NCBI GenBank assembly: GCA_965153355.1
Contig: OZ231126.1
Location: 30,690,001-30,754,000, forward strand
Direction: 5' to 3'
Source of the DNA: Flaccisagitta enflata
Lineage: Eukaryota
DNA: 64,000 nucleotides
Positions 13,618-25,889 of this stretch are shown here, in pieces (positions within the stretch are counted from its first letter, which is position 1; each line of letters opens with the position of its first letter). Under the pieces are notes generated by a model, which did not search any database, had not been told where the DNA came from, and saw nothing but the letters and a program-made list of their open reading frames with translations. The translations under genes were made by a program, and so were the position numbers.

Positions 13618-14367
13618 CACCGTCTTTAAATCGAAATGGCAAATACTGAACCTTTATAGCTCCAAAACTACCAAGTCAAAAGCCTTCAAATTTTTGGTGA
13701 ATGTTAGTAACAACTGACCATTTTGTCATGCCAAAACTCAGATTTTATAACTGAATAGGTAGGGGGTCATTAAAGCATTGAAAGGCTATCAATTTTATAG
13801 AAAAAAACAATTTGTCCTTACTTTATTTGAGAATACTTGTCTTTATCAATATTTTTCCTGATCATAAGCAAACTTGAACCCTGGGGTTGGTCTTAAATGA
13901 AGAGTTACAAATCATGAATATAAGATCTACCTTGGGAACCTAATATTTTATGTATTGTAAAGAAGATTTGAACGATTTTCAGTAGTTGACAATTGGTTAA
14001 CAACCGTCCTTAAAACCAAACATATTATAATCCATGCTTTTTTAATTTTTAGGAAAATGTGTAATCTCTGAAAAATTTCCTATCATTTGAGACCAACCCC
14101 GGAGTTCTAGCTAAATTTTTTTGTATTTTTCTGTATATTGATAAAGACAAGTATTCTCAAATAAAGTAAGAAAAAAAATTCAGCCCTGAAAATTGGGCAT
14201 AATTTGTTTGTTCTACTGACCCCAAACTATTCAGTACCTAAATCCGAGTTTGGACATGACATAATGGTCAGTTGTTACCAACATTCACTGAAAATTTGAA
14301 GACTTTTGGGCTAGTAGTTTGGGAGCTACAAAGGTTTACTATTTGCCATTTCGATTTAAAGACGGTG
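13618..14367. mobile_element. Foldback-type MITE with long TIRs, TA TSD
   Basis: TA|CACCGTCTTTAAATCGAAATGGCAAAT ... ATTTGCCATTTCGATTTAAAGACGGTG|TA; complementarity continues ~290 bp inward. Confidence 0.9.
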
Positions 14368-15250
14368 TAAAGAAGAAGAAACATGTGATTTTAGTTATTT
14401 TGATTTTTAGTTACTTTGACAATTTCAAACCCCTTAAAATGGCCTTTGAAGCACCCCTCGTAGGCTGTTAGCCTTTGCTTCTTTTCCCCTTATATAGGAA
14501 ATAGATAGAGAGGAGAATATGAATTCACATCCATTATTGGCTGAATTCCGCTTGAAGTTGGTCGGTTAAAGTGGGGCCAAACTGTTCAATTAAATCAAAA
14601 AGAGTTTTCACTTTCAAAACACAAGGCCAGATAAAAAACTACCCCAGATGCGTGCAACCAACAAACAGACCAACAGACTTACAGACCAACAGACCAACCA
14701 ACAGATGGAGGGTCCAAGCAGGGTGTAGAGTCGCGAAACACGCAACTGAAAATCTAATATTAGAAAATTGATTCTGAATGACAAATTTAGTTAAACAATA
14801 GTTTATTAAAACAACTTTTCCTATCTAAAAGAATATGGCACACATAATAATCATTGGAATTTTTTTTTGACTAAGAATCAATTATAAAAAAAATCATTGA
14901 AATTGAAAAGGATGTTTAGAAAAGGTTCGAATTATAAAAACTATTTTTCATTCAGTCTATCTGAAAAGAAAATGACTAGATTTTAAACTTTATCTAATAA
15001 GCCCTACAGGCTAACAGTCAAGTGCTTCTTTTACACACAACTACATACTCCTTCCTTCCTTCCTTTCCTTTCTTCTTTTTCTTCCTTCTTTCCCCTTTCA
15101 TTTCTTTCTTCCTCCTCCCCTCCCTCCATCCCTTCCTTCCTTCCTTACAACTCAATTTACCTTTAGTACCCTAAAGTATCAAATTACCCTAAAGTGCCTA
15201 AAGTACCCTGAAAAAACCAAAAATATCCTTAACTACCTGGATATACCCTA

Positions 15251-16241
15251 CAGAGTCTTCAATTGCTGCTGACTTATTCTAAATTGATGGTGTGCCTCTT
15301 ATAGTCTACATTATGTTCTTTTCTTTTTTCTCTTATAACATAATGTCTGACGTTTTTTGTATCAAAGTTTCAAGGGTTTTCGTCAAACCGTTTGTCTGTG
15401 ACAAAAATTTCAAGTAGTTAGTCAGGGTATTCATAGTTGTAACTGAAAAAATCATCTTTTTCATGATATCTTTTTCCAAACAGCCTTCATAGCAAAATGG
15501 TTCGAGCAACAAAAGTTCAATTGGTCCAAAATGAAAGATAATTTCATGTTGTTATTGGTGACATGTTAGTCTGTCAGTGACTTGGCAAGACCATCCACAT
15601 GTCCTTTTGAAGGGTCATCTGACCACTGCTTATCCAGCCATTCCATGAACTCTTTGGCAATGGAAAGACATTGCTGCCCCAATGAGTAATAAACCCCTTG
15701 TGCCACTGCTACTGCTCTCTTGCACTCATATGAGACTGGGAAGGAGTCTGGGAGTTATGTATCTATGCCTTGATCAAACTACATAAGAACTTCATAAGAA
15801 CTACATAAGAAGTTAAGATGGAACAATGTGTTGATATCTTGATTTCATATGATTATCAATTTTTGACTAAATGTTTTCCAATTTTCTTTATAGTTTGTAT
15901 GTTATAATTCTAGCAAGTTCTATTTGATTTCTTACCTCTTAAAAGTAAATTAGATTATGTTTATTTGAGACCAATGAGTTTTCTCTAGCTCTAGCTAATG
16001 AAAATGAGGACAATAGGAAAAAAATATCAAAACAAAAAACGATTTTTTCAAGTCACAACCATGGGTACCTGATGTACTTAAATTTTTCACAACAGACAAA
16101 ATATTTGATAAAACCCCTGAAATTTTGATAGAAAAAACGTCAAACAATATGCTACCAGGCGAAAAAAAGAAGAAATCATATTGTTGTCAATGAAAGGTAC
16201 ACCATCAATTCAGAATAAGTCAGTTGCAATTGAAGACCCTG
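15251..16241. mobile_element. TA-flanked MITE nested in the AAAGTACCCT array of a HINE-like element (~14996-16440)
   Basis: TIR CAGAGTCTTCAATTGCTGCTGACTTATTCTAAATTGATGGTGT / ACACCATCAATTCAGAATAAGTCAGTTGCAATTGAAGACCCTG; the same tandem repeat lies on both flanks. Confidence 0.85.
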
Positions 16242-17823
16242 TAAAATACCCTGAAATTCTTTAAAGCACCCTTAAGTAACCTAAAGTACCCTCATGTACC
16301 TTAAGTACCTAGAGTACCTTGAGTACCCTTAATAACCCTGAGATAAACTGAAGTACCCTAAACTTACTTACACTGCCCCCGCCCTGCCCATCCCACTAAA
16401 TTCACCCATGTCACCCCAATAATCAGTTGACCGGACAGACCATAAAAACAGACGATAAAACGCCAAAAAAAGACAATAAAACAATAAAAAGCCAGATGAC
16501 AAAAACAATGATAAAACACAAAAACGCTTAAATGATAAAACTTACTTTAGGCCCAATTTCCTTGGTTTCCCGCCAGCGTCGTGATTGTCATAAAGGTCAG
16601 ATGTCCGTTCATATGTCTCTGGAATAAAAGAATGAGAGACTTATGAAAAGCATGAAATTCCAAGGGCGCACATCATGAAAATCAAGCAAAATATGATACG
16701 TTCCATTAAAAAGCAATGCCATGACAATGTCTACGCAATTAAAAATCAAAGCATAAAAATATACAACAACGAAAAAAGTAGAAAGAAAAATACGTGAGAA
16801 CATGTAATTCCAATTCAATAAAAGAGCAAGGCGAGATGGTTCAGAACCAGCGCACCATATGGAGAAAAATAAAAATGGCTAAAACAAATGGCATCAAATT
16901 GGAAAGAAAGGAGAAAAAGACATTCACTCGAAGAACATCATCATTCCCATGCTTATGAAATAGCACACATTTCCACACTCTGCCCCATTTTTGGAATTTC
17001 ATGAATTTCAAAAATCCGACATCTAGTTTCGGTCAGGGGAAACCCTAAATAAAAAACCCAGACTGTCACGCTAAAAAAAATTCATGATAATTAAAATACA
17101 GCCCCTCTCCCCCGCCTCCGCCACTTACATCCCCACCCCCCCTACAGAAGGAGATCAACAAGCGACATGGCGAGGAATGTTTCCCCCCCTGTCCGGAAGG
17201 GGGGGACGAAACCACATCAAGTGATCAATCCAACAATGACGGGCGGAGAGGAGCACGGAGACAAGGAAGATGAGGCGCCCGTTCTGTTAAAAAGTTAATA
17301 AGGGAAGGGGGGGGGGGGGAAGGGGGAACGGGCCTAGGAGCACCTCTGGGATTTGGGATTTGGGATTTGACATCGAGGTGGAGGGCATTGACTAAAATGT
17401 ACAAAGATACACACCTATTCATAAACAACATGCTAAAAAGAACAATGTCAAATACAAAAAAAACATACATGTTCCTAAGAACACAAAACAAGAATAAAAT
17501 AATAAATTACTATCCAAACTACATTAAAAACCGAATCTGAAAAGAAAAGAATCTGAAAAGAAAAAATTAGGTAAGATTCATGGGAACAACCACATCACCT
17601 GCACCATTTCCCAAAGGAAATATGTGGACCATATCAGAAGCTCCAACAGCTCGTCAATTCGTGGGCAAAAGACGAGGATGAAAGGATCGAGATGGACACC
17701 GCGGAGACGGGCAGATGGCGTCGTCGTCTGTAGAGTTTTTCTCCCCTTGCGGGGAGACGAAAGAAAAGAGAAAGGGGGGGGGGGGGGGCAGATGGATTAG
17801 TACAGCCCTTATCATATGCAGAT

Positions 17824-20088
17824 TCAAACATAATAATAAGAAAATGAACACACCATCTCTTCCATGAAACTTACGCTGGCGTTTTTGCCAGGCCCCAGGG
17901 TGGATAAGAATCCCACGCCCCGGGTCACGCCCCTGACAATGCCGGCCTGTCCATCAAGGGATGAGCGTTGCGATGGAATTGACAACAACTCAGCAAAATG
18001 GTGGCGCTCTTCATGTCGCGTTACATTGACGGTAATTAAGAGTAAGAGTAACTGTGGACCTGGCACCAAGTTGAACAGCATTATTGCGGCGGCTGCTGAT
18101 GGTGTTGCTGCTGCTGCTGCTGGCAGCCCTTTGGATTCCAAGGACGCCTTTTTGACTTTGGCGGCGCCTAGGGAGCGTCTGTAGCGCTATTTGCAGCTGA
18201 TGAGACGGAAGGCCAACTTTCATTTTCTGCAGATGCTGCCGGTGTCGACGAAGCTGTGGAGGTCACTGGAGCCAGAATGGCACAAGGATCTTGCTGTATG
18301 CAGATGACGTGCTTGACAACTGCTGCCGCCGACGCCTTCTGCGCAAATCCTGTTGCCTCCTTAGCCTTTGCGTCCGCCACTTGCTTTGCCTTTTCCAACC
18401 GCTTCTCCAGTTCTGCGACTCCCATATCGCTCTTGACCTTTGCATCTGACGCAATCATCGCTTTGCGTCTCGTCTCCATGACTTCCATCTGAATCCGCAA
18501 CGCTTCCGCCATATCCCAAATCGCACGGGCACATTCAACTCGCTGGGCGGCGCTGAAAGTTTTGTAAAATGCGGCCGGGTGAAAACTTGCAAGCCTTGAC
18601 AACTGTCGTTTGGAGGGGCTCTTTCCAGTTGCCAAACACAGGCGGAGCAAATGCTCGTCGATGCAAAGTCCAGTCTTGGGGTCAAGAACCGTCGATGAAG
18701 AGTTTGGCGATTCCAACTTCTTTTGCTGATCCGCTGATGGTCCTTTGGCTTGATGTTGAGACGCCGCAGAACCACTGGCGACCGCTGGAGGCTTAAGATC
18801 ACCAATTGGATTTTTCCCTTGCGCTGCTGCTGCTTCTGGCCGCTGTTTAAGCTCCTTTGCCTTCTCCTACGCGGGCGTGAATGAAGTTGAAGTCGCTTCC
18901 CCCCCTACCTGAAGCTGTTGCTGCTGCGCTGGGATCCTCCTGCTGCTGAGGAGGCTGTTGTTGCTTCTTTTTGTTATTGTTTTTGCCTTTGCCTTTGCTT
19001 TTGGAGTTGGCCGTGGCATGAAGCTGTTGTTGTTGCTGCTGCTGCTGTTGTTGTTGCCGTTGCTGCTGCTGATGTTGTTGCTGCTGCTTCGGCTACTGGT
19101 GTTGCTGCTGCTGCTGCTAAAGTGGCGCCGGACCAAGTCCCGGGCCCTTCTTCTCTTGTCAACGCCTTTTTGGATTAGGAGTTACATCACGAGGATCCGG
19201 CGGCTGCTGATTTGGTGGATGAACCAATGCCGGACGCATTTGACAAGCTGCTGCTGCGTCGGTGGAAGTTGCCGCCGGTGGGTTTGCGGCTGCAGCAGAC
19301 GATGGAGTTGTCGTAAATTTCTTCCTCGACGCTTGGACCACACGTCGAGCCTCCTTGTAATTCTCCCTTTTTTGTTTTTTGTCTTCCTTGTCTGCGCTCT
19401 AGGGTACCGAAGCCCAACCCACACTGAGTAGCCGACGAGCGCATCTCCTTCTCTTTGTTGCAGCACAAGTTTAATTTTGAGAATGTTTTGAAGAGCAGCG
19501 ACTCACACTCATCCGCTTGGTCATTGCGATGGTAAAACCGGTGGCTTGCTTCCGCTGGATTCTGACCTCCGGGGAGTCTTCATCCACTTCCAGGTCGACA
19601 GGCGTCTCCTCCTTTTCCTCCACAATCACCTCCACATCCATCCCCTCCTCCTCCACGCGCACCTCCTCCCCATCAACCTTCGAGCCGCTGTCTCTGCCCC
19701 CGCTGCGATTTTCTGCAGCTTTCAATTTTTCCTGGAGAATGGCTCTCGCCTCCGGAGGAGCCGGTCCACCAAACCCAGGGGTGAAGATTTGGCGAGGGGG
19801 CGATGGAAGGACGGATGATCTCGATGACGGAATGGAAACATCGTCGACGGGCCGCTTCAACTTCACCCTCCGATGATCCACTCCCGCGGTGGTGTTTGTC
19901 GTGATGAGGATGGGAGGGAGAGAGGAAGAAGAAGAGGGGTCGGCCGGCTGTTGGAGATTTGCCGACTCATCATCCTTGGCAAGGTTGAGGTCGCCGCTGA
20001 AGGCGGCTTTTGTCACAGCCTCCACCTCGTCCTCTAGCAACGCTGCAGAATCCGTCTCAAAGTCTTCATCCCAATCTGGCGACGCCAT
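17824..20088 (-). pseudogene. Degenerate ~750-codon accessory ORF downstream of BEL/Pao pol
   Basis: ORF fragments 19471-20088, 19159-19341, 18168-18716 and 17824-18141 link through single stops/frameshifts; GC-rich coding-like composition matching the retroelement. Confidence 0.6.
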
Positions 20089-20531
20089 CAGTCAGGCGAT
20101 GTCAAAAGAACCGTCGCCTGTGGACGCATCCATCTCGGCTTGAAGACGCTGCTCGCGCGACATCTTGACTCTGACGAATCGACTTCAAGATGGTGACTGA
20201 CGTGAAGATGGAATTTCGATGTCTGCGGAAGCTTTGACAGTTGATTTTGACGTATGAACTGTGTTTGGACAGAAGCAATAGAGAAATAGAATGATATCTA
20301 CATATAGACAAAGCAGTGAACCAATGTTTGAATTTTTTAGCATGAAAATGAACATCACAAATTTGCCAATGTGAGGAAAGAGTTGAATGCATGGATGAAT
20401 AGAACCAAATATGAAGTCGTACATCTCTTTATGTCATTTAAAAACAAACAGAGCAACAAACATTCACATCTATAGTTACTAATAGACAGGCCCATGCGCC
20501 TATATCTCTCTCTCTCAAAACTTAGCGTTTT

Positions 20532-23395
20532 TTATGAGTCCATCTCCAGCTGCACCATCTTCGTGCGATCCCTTGTGACAATTTTTCTGTCGGCGCGGCG
20601 CACGTGCACCCTCCAGACATGGGGCGACGTCCCTTCCACGTCGACGACGATCCCTAGGCTCCAATCATGTCTGGGCACGGCCTCGTCGACGATGATTACA
20701 AGATCATCAACCGCAAAGTCTCTCTCGGATTTGGTCCATTTACTTTGCGCATGAAGGAGGCTTAAGTATTCACAATGCCACTTTTTCCAAAAAGCATCCA
20801 CTCGAGATTGCGCGTGCTTCCATTGGAAACGTGCCGACTCCGCGTCTAAGTAGACGCCGTGCTGATACAGATCCACAGGAGCGCCCTTGGATGTAGATGG
20901 CGATAGGACATGGTTTGGCGTTAGCGCAGAAGGATCGCTTGGATCATCACTCAGCGTGGTGAGAGGGCGACGGTTGAGAATTACTTCCACTTCGATGACG
21001 GCGGTGTGGAAAGTGTTGATGTGCAACGTGGCGCCAGTTGATATGGAGGCGAGGTGGCACTTAAACAGCGGGACCAACCTCTCCCAAACACCACCATAGT
21101 GCGGCGTTCGGGCGGTGATGAAATCCCATTGGAGGCCTCATCGTCGCAGATCAAGAGTTGATGAGCGATTCCACTCTTCCATTTTCTTTTTTAGGATGTT
21201 ATTGGCGCCAACCAGGTTCGTTCCACAATCAGACATGAAGCGGCGGATACCTGGGCGCCTGGCTGCGTACTATGGCATTGATCATTGGGTCAGCAGACAT
21301 GTTGTAGAGCAGTTTTACGTGGACGGCGCAGGAGACAAAGCAAGTAAAAACTGCCACCCACACCTTGTGATCCGCTCTTCCGTTCATTTTGACGTTGAAA
21401 TGTCCCATTACATCCAGCCCTGTCTCCGCGAACACAGGGGCAGGATTGACGCGATTAAATGGTAGTGGCGCCATCTGCTGATTCTCATGTTTTTAGTCGC
21501 GTGCACGCGACTCTACAACCCGCTTTGTTGGTCCGTCCGTCCGTCCGTCCGTCGGTCCGTCCGTCCGTCGGTCTGTCCGTCACACTTTACTTTTTTGTAC
21601 TATAACGTCAACTCTTAGGTCATGTTAAGTCATTTTAAGTCATTTATAGTTATTCTAAGTCATTTTGAGTCATTCTAAGTCATTTTGAGTCATTTTAAGT
21701 CATTTTAAGTTATGTTAAGTCATTTTTGGTTATTAGGGTTTTTAGTCATTTTAAGTCAATTTTGGTCATTTTAGGTCATTCTAAGTCATTGAAAGTCATT
21801 CTAAGTCATTCTAAGTCATTCTTTGTTTGTAAGTCTCGCACGCGACTTATAGGTGTTGGCCTTGTTTAAAGTTCCTCTGGCATCCAAAGCAGGAGTGAAC
21901 GACGCTCTTGACGGCCTGAAGACCTTTCATGGTCCATGCAAATTGACGCAGTTGGCATAATGTATGCTTTGCGCCAGCATGGAAGTCCTTATGATGAACA
22001 TGGCAGATTAATGACTTCACATTATCGTCTTTTGGTGGAAGAATGAAGGGAAACTTTTTGTCATTGGAGATGTCGGCATTGACCAAACGGCTGCCGACTC
22101 GAAGTATGCCGTCGTCGTCGACAAAAGAATTGAGCTTCCACATCTCCTTGTTCTTGACGATGAATACATGACGGCTATTTGGTTTATCAACCTTTCCCAC
22201 CTCCAACTGGACCATCACCTCTCCATAATGTTGCCGCTGCACAGCCTTGACAAGTCGCTTCTGTGCTTCCTCCAGATGGACTTGCAACACTTCGGGTTTT
22301 GGGAGGAGATCCTGTGCCGCTCTTGTCTTTGCCTTTGGGACCATTCGCCACTGCTGGGCTGCGATGAGAAGCATGGCAATGACGCGAAGTTTGTGCGTCC
22401 ATTTCCCCCGAGATGTGGCTGCATGCAATATCGCGTCAAATTCTTTTCTCTCCCCCTCGACAGCTGCATAGAGCGCAGCCACGTGGACGGAGATAGGGCA
22501 CGTTGCAATGTTTGTCTTTGGCCATTGATCCTCAGGTAGACGCAAAAATTCGGGTCCGTTGTGGAATTGACTCCACTTTTTCGCCTCATGCAATTCGATT
22601 CCACAAGAGCAATGATCAGCGGGGTTATTGGCAGAAATAACCCACCTCCACTGCTCTGGACTTGATCCTGCATGGATTTTTGAGAGACGATTGGCGAAGA
22701 AGACATGATGGGTGATGGGTTGTATATCATCTTCAAAGCGACCTCTGAATCTGACCACAGTCTGACATTTTTCTCCTGCAGCTTCAGAGTTTTGTTGACG
22801 AACCGCTTGAGCTGAATCACCTTTTCAGCAGAGACGATCTCCACGCAAGGTACGCTGTTGTGATGAGATGCTCTTTTTGGATTGAGAGGAACCACGTGGG
22901 ATTTGGATCCCAAGATGGCCACGTACACCGAGCCATCAACGTTGACTTGACGACGATATGCGACAGCACCAAATCCACCTTTCGGCGCCGCTTTGCAAAA
23001 TATCTCGATGCTGATGGAAACGGCGCTCGCGGTGTCTGTATTGCCGTTCTACCATCTCTTGACCCATTATTGTTGTAGAAGCGGCCAAGAAGACGTGTAT
23101 TTGAAGAATGATTCCTCCAACCCCTTGTGAAGTGGAGAATCCCATCCTGTCTGTTGTGGACGACACAGTTGAAGATGTCGCCTTCCAATGTATTGGCTTG
23201 GGCTCCAAAAGCCAAGTGGATCGTATAGTTTGGCTTGCATGGAGACCAATTGACGTGGTGTTTTCGCCCTCATTGTTTTGAATTCTTTGTCGCAGATGAA
23301 GACGAAGGCGTCTTCAGCCGGAAGCCACGAGACTCCCAACACTTATCTGCGATTGGAATGGCGACATTAGGATCTCCTTCCATGAGCTGATGCGC
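20532..23395 (-). pseudogene. pol: BEL/Pao pol 3' part: RNase H region and integrase (frameshifted, HINE-interrupted)
   Basis: VLGVSW, LYDPLG, WSDSEVAL, FFANRLSKI, HHCC zinc motif (H..DFHAG...CFGC), TGLDVMG, SDCGTNLVG, VEVILNRRPL, ALTPNH. Confidence 0.9.
21494..21865 (+). mobile_element. HINE family A inserted in the BEL integrase
   Basis: AGTCGCGTGCACGCGACT palindrome, GTCC microsatellite, AAGTCATTYT repeats, 3' GGTGTTGGCCTTGTT; removing it restores NFKKHENQQMAPLP. Confidence 0.9.
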
Positions 23396-23400
23396 ATGAA

Positions 23401-24051
23401 AAAGTTGGGTATGGAATTGAAACAAGAGTATAGACTGAATCTCTCCATGAGATCTCTTATGAGACGAGTGTAAGGATGAGTGTACTCATACACATTACAG
23501 TTGAGATCTGCAAGGATGATGAATTGGCATTCGGGATTTTGATTCATGATGTTTTCGATAAAACTGATGGTATCTTTGTACATGGACAAATAATTGGGCA
23601 AGTCACCAGTATTGTAGTATGGAAAGTACACATTGATTAGTAATATGTTGCCTGAATCCGTTTCTAGGTGCAAAACTGTTACTCTCTCATGCGAGAAATT
23701 CAAGAGTGGTTTCAAACAACTTGCAAATCTTTTATGGTATAGGAAACCAGTTCCACCAAAAGGCCTTCCTGTTATGATTTGAGATTGAAAAGATTTTTTC
23801 ATTGCGGAGGTGCCGTATCCGTCAAAGTCAGGATGCAAAGCGCGAAGTTGATTTACACCTTTTTGTTTCTTATAAGGCAGCCTAAGCCAATGCTCTTGTA
23901 TTGCTCTTATTGAGTTAGAATTATTATCACAGAGTTCATGAAGGAAATCTCTATTCCTGCAAAACCCATTAACATTATGGGAACTAATGGTTATAGCTGA
24001 ATTATTGAGTTGATCCATCGTTGGAGTGAGGAGCTTCGGAGGTGCCGTCAC
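23401..24051 (-). pseudogene. LINE ORF2 N-terminal apurinic-like endonuclease (inverted part)
   Basis: ISSHNVNG, AIQEHW, GRPFGGTG, INVYFP, ILADLN motifs. Confidence 0.9.
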
Positions 24052-24560
24052 GATTCGTTTTTTGGAAAAATTTCCTCAACACAACTCTTTCAGGCCAAAA
24101 ATCACTTTCTTTCACACGCTCCATGTCTTTCTTTCTGATAGTTAGTCGAAAACTTTTAAAGCGATTGTGTTGCCTTTTGAGCTCTTCCAGATCTACTACA
24201 TTGACTCCCTGGGACTCAATGCCACTTTTAACATCATCGAGAGAGGCATTGATATCAACATATCCAAGATAAAGATTGAGGGTGAGGTCTGCGCCTCTCC
24301 ATGACCTTAAGCCCTCGGACACTTTTTTGCCGATCACAATGTCATTTGATTTACGCGCTCTAGTTTGCCCGGCCGAGTTGAATCGAGCATTGTGCTTTTG
24401 TGACCTTCCCGCCCGCGTGCTAATCCGACCTGAGTTATTTTGGCCACCGCGGCCAACGTTGTTGTGACCACCGCGTCCGTGATTGTTACAACCTCTTTGA
24501 GAGAAATGTCCATTGTAAGGAAAACCAGAAAAGGTAGCGATCCCTGTCGATGATGCGAGG

Positions 24561-24622
<62 letters not shown>

Positions 24623-24666
24623 GGCAGAGCCCCCTTGGCCACATAATGGAATCAAGTGAGATGCCG

Positions 24667-24757
<91 letters not shown>

Positions 24758-24801
24758 GGCAGAGCCCCCTTGGCCACATAATGGAATCAAGTGAGATGCC
24801 G

Positions 24802-24862
<61 letters not shown>

Positions 24863-25738
24863 GCTGTTGTTGTTGTTGCTGTTGTTGTTGTTGTTGTTGT
24901 TGTTGCCGGTAGAGCCCCCTTGGCCACATAATGGAATCAAGGGAGATGCCGGATTGTCGTTGTTGACTGCTGAGATGGAAACGCCGTCGCCGTCGCTGCC
25001 ACAGACGACTTCATTGCCGCTATTGGCACTGTTTTTGTTGCCACTTGCGTCTGATACGTCACTGTCGCCCCCAGCATTGGCGTTGTTTTTGTCAGCATCA
25101 GTTCTTTCATCGTTAACGTCGTCTTCGTCGGCGGTATCACTGCCAACGCCTCTTTCACCAGCCATCACCTCGCCGAAACTGAGACGCGGTGGTAAAGCCA
25201 TTGATTGAGACAAAGGTTGAGGCATTACACGACGATGTGGTGACATAAATGGAGATGCAGGAACTGCGGGTCTCACGATTAAGTTAGACATCATTTTAAG
25301 AGCTGACATGATTTCCGATTTGAAAGAATTTAGCGAATCTTTCGTCACATAGTCTTTTCTCATGTTCAATAGCGTGCCATGAATTTGTGAGTTAGGAATC
25401 GTTCCATCCTCAGAATAAGGAAAGTTACTGTATTCAACAGCGACGCACATTGGCTGCCAGTCACCACTTGCATCGCGCGATTTCATTTCCTGAAGTATGT
25501 CGTCCAGGTCTTTGAGTTTTTTATCTGCATTGCGACTTTTTATAGCTCTTTTTCCTATTGCCGTGAAAAAACGTTCTTTTTCCCGCCAAACGTAATCTTC
25601 ATCGTGGTAAAAGTTATCACATATTTTTATGATGTCGTCGTGTGGAATGGATTGGAGCTTGTTTTGTAGATAGAAGAGTAAGTCAGAGCTCATAATCTTT
25701 TCATCTTCATTGATGAAAATTGACGTTAAAGCGGCCAT
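24002..25738 (-). CDS. LINE ORF1 protein with poly-Asn expansions and C-terminal RRM-like domain
   Basis: 578-aa open frame directly upstream of ORF2; C-terminal LYLG...FKSFRLTI...FWPERV typical of CR1/L2-group ORF1. Confidence 0.85.
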
Positions 25739-25889
25739 TAGTCCGTTTATGTTTAAAACATTAGTTAAAACTTTAGTTAAAACATGTCCAAGTCCCTCTA
25801 CTCGAAGCTAGGTAAAGCAAACAAGTGCAAAGAAACAAGGCAGAAAGAGTTGGATTCTTTCTCTCCGTATGTTTCAAAGGCCGAAAACT

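Noticed and set aside
16560-17340. 3' LTR and polypurine tract of the BEL element
   Set aside because: Several purine-run/TGT candidates on the minus strand, but no matching second LTR beyond 31530.
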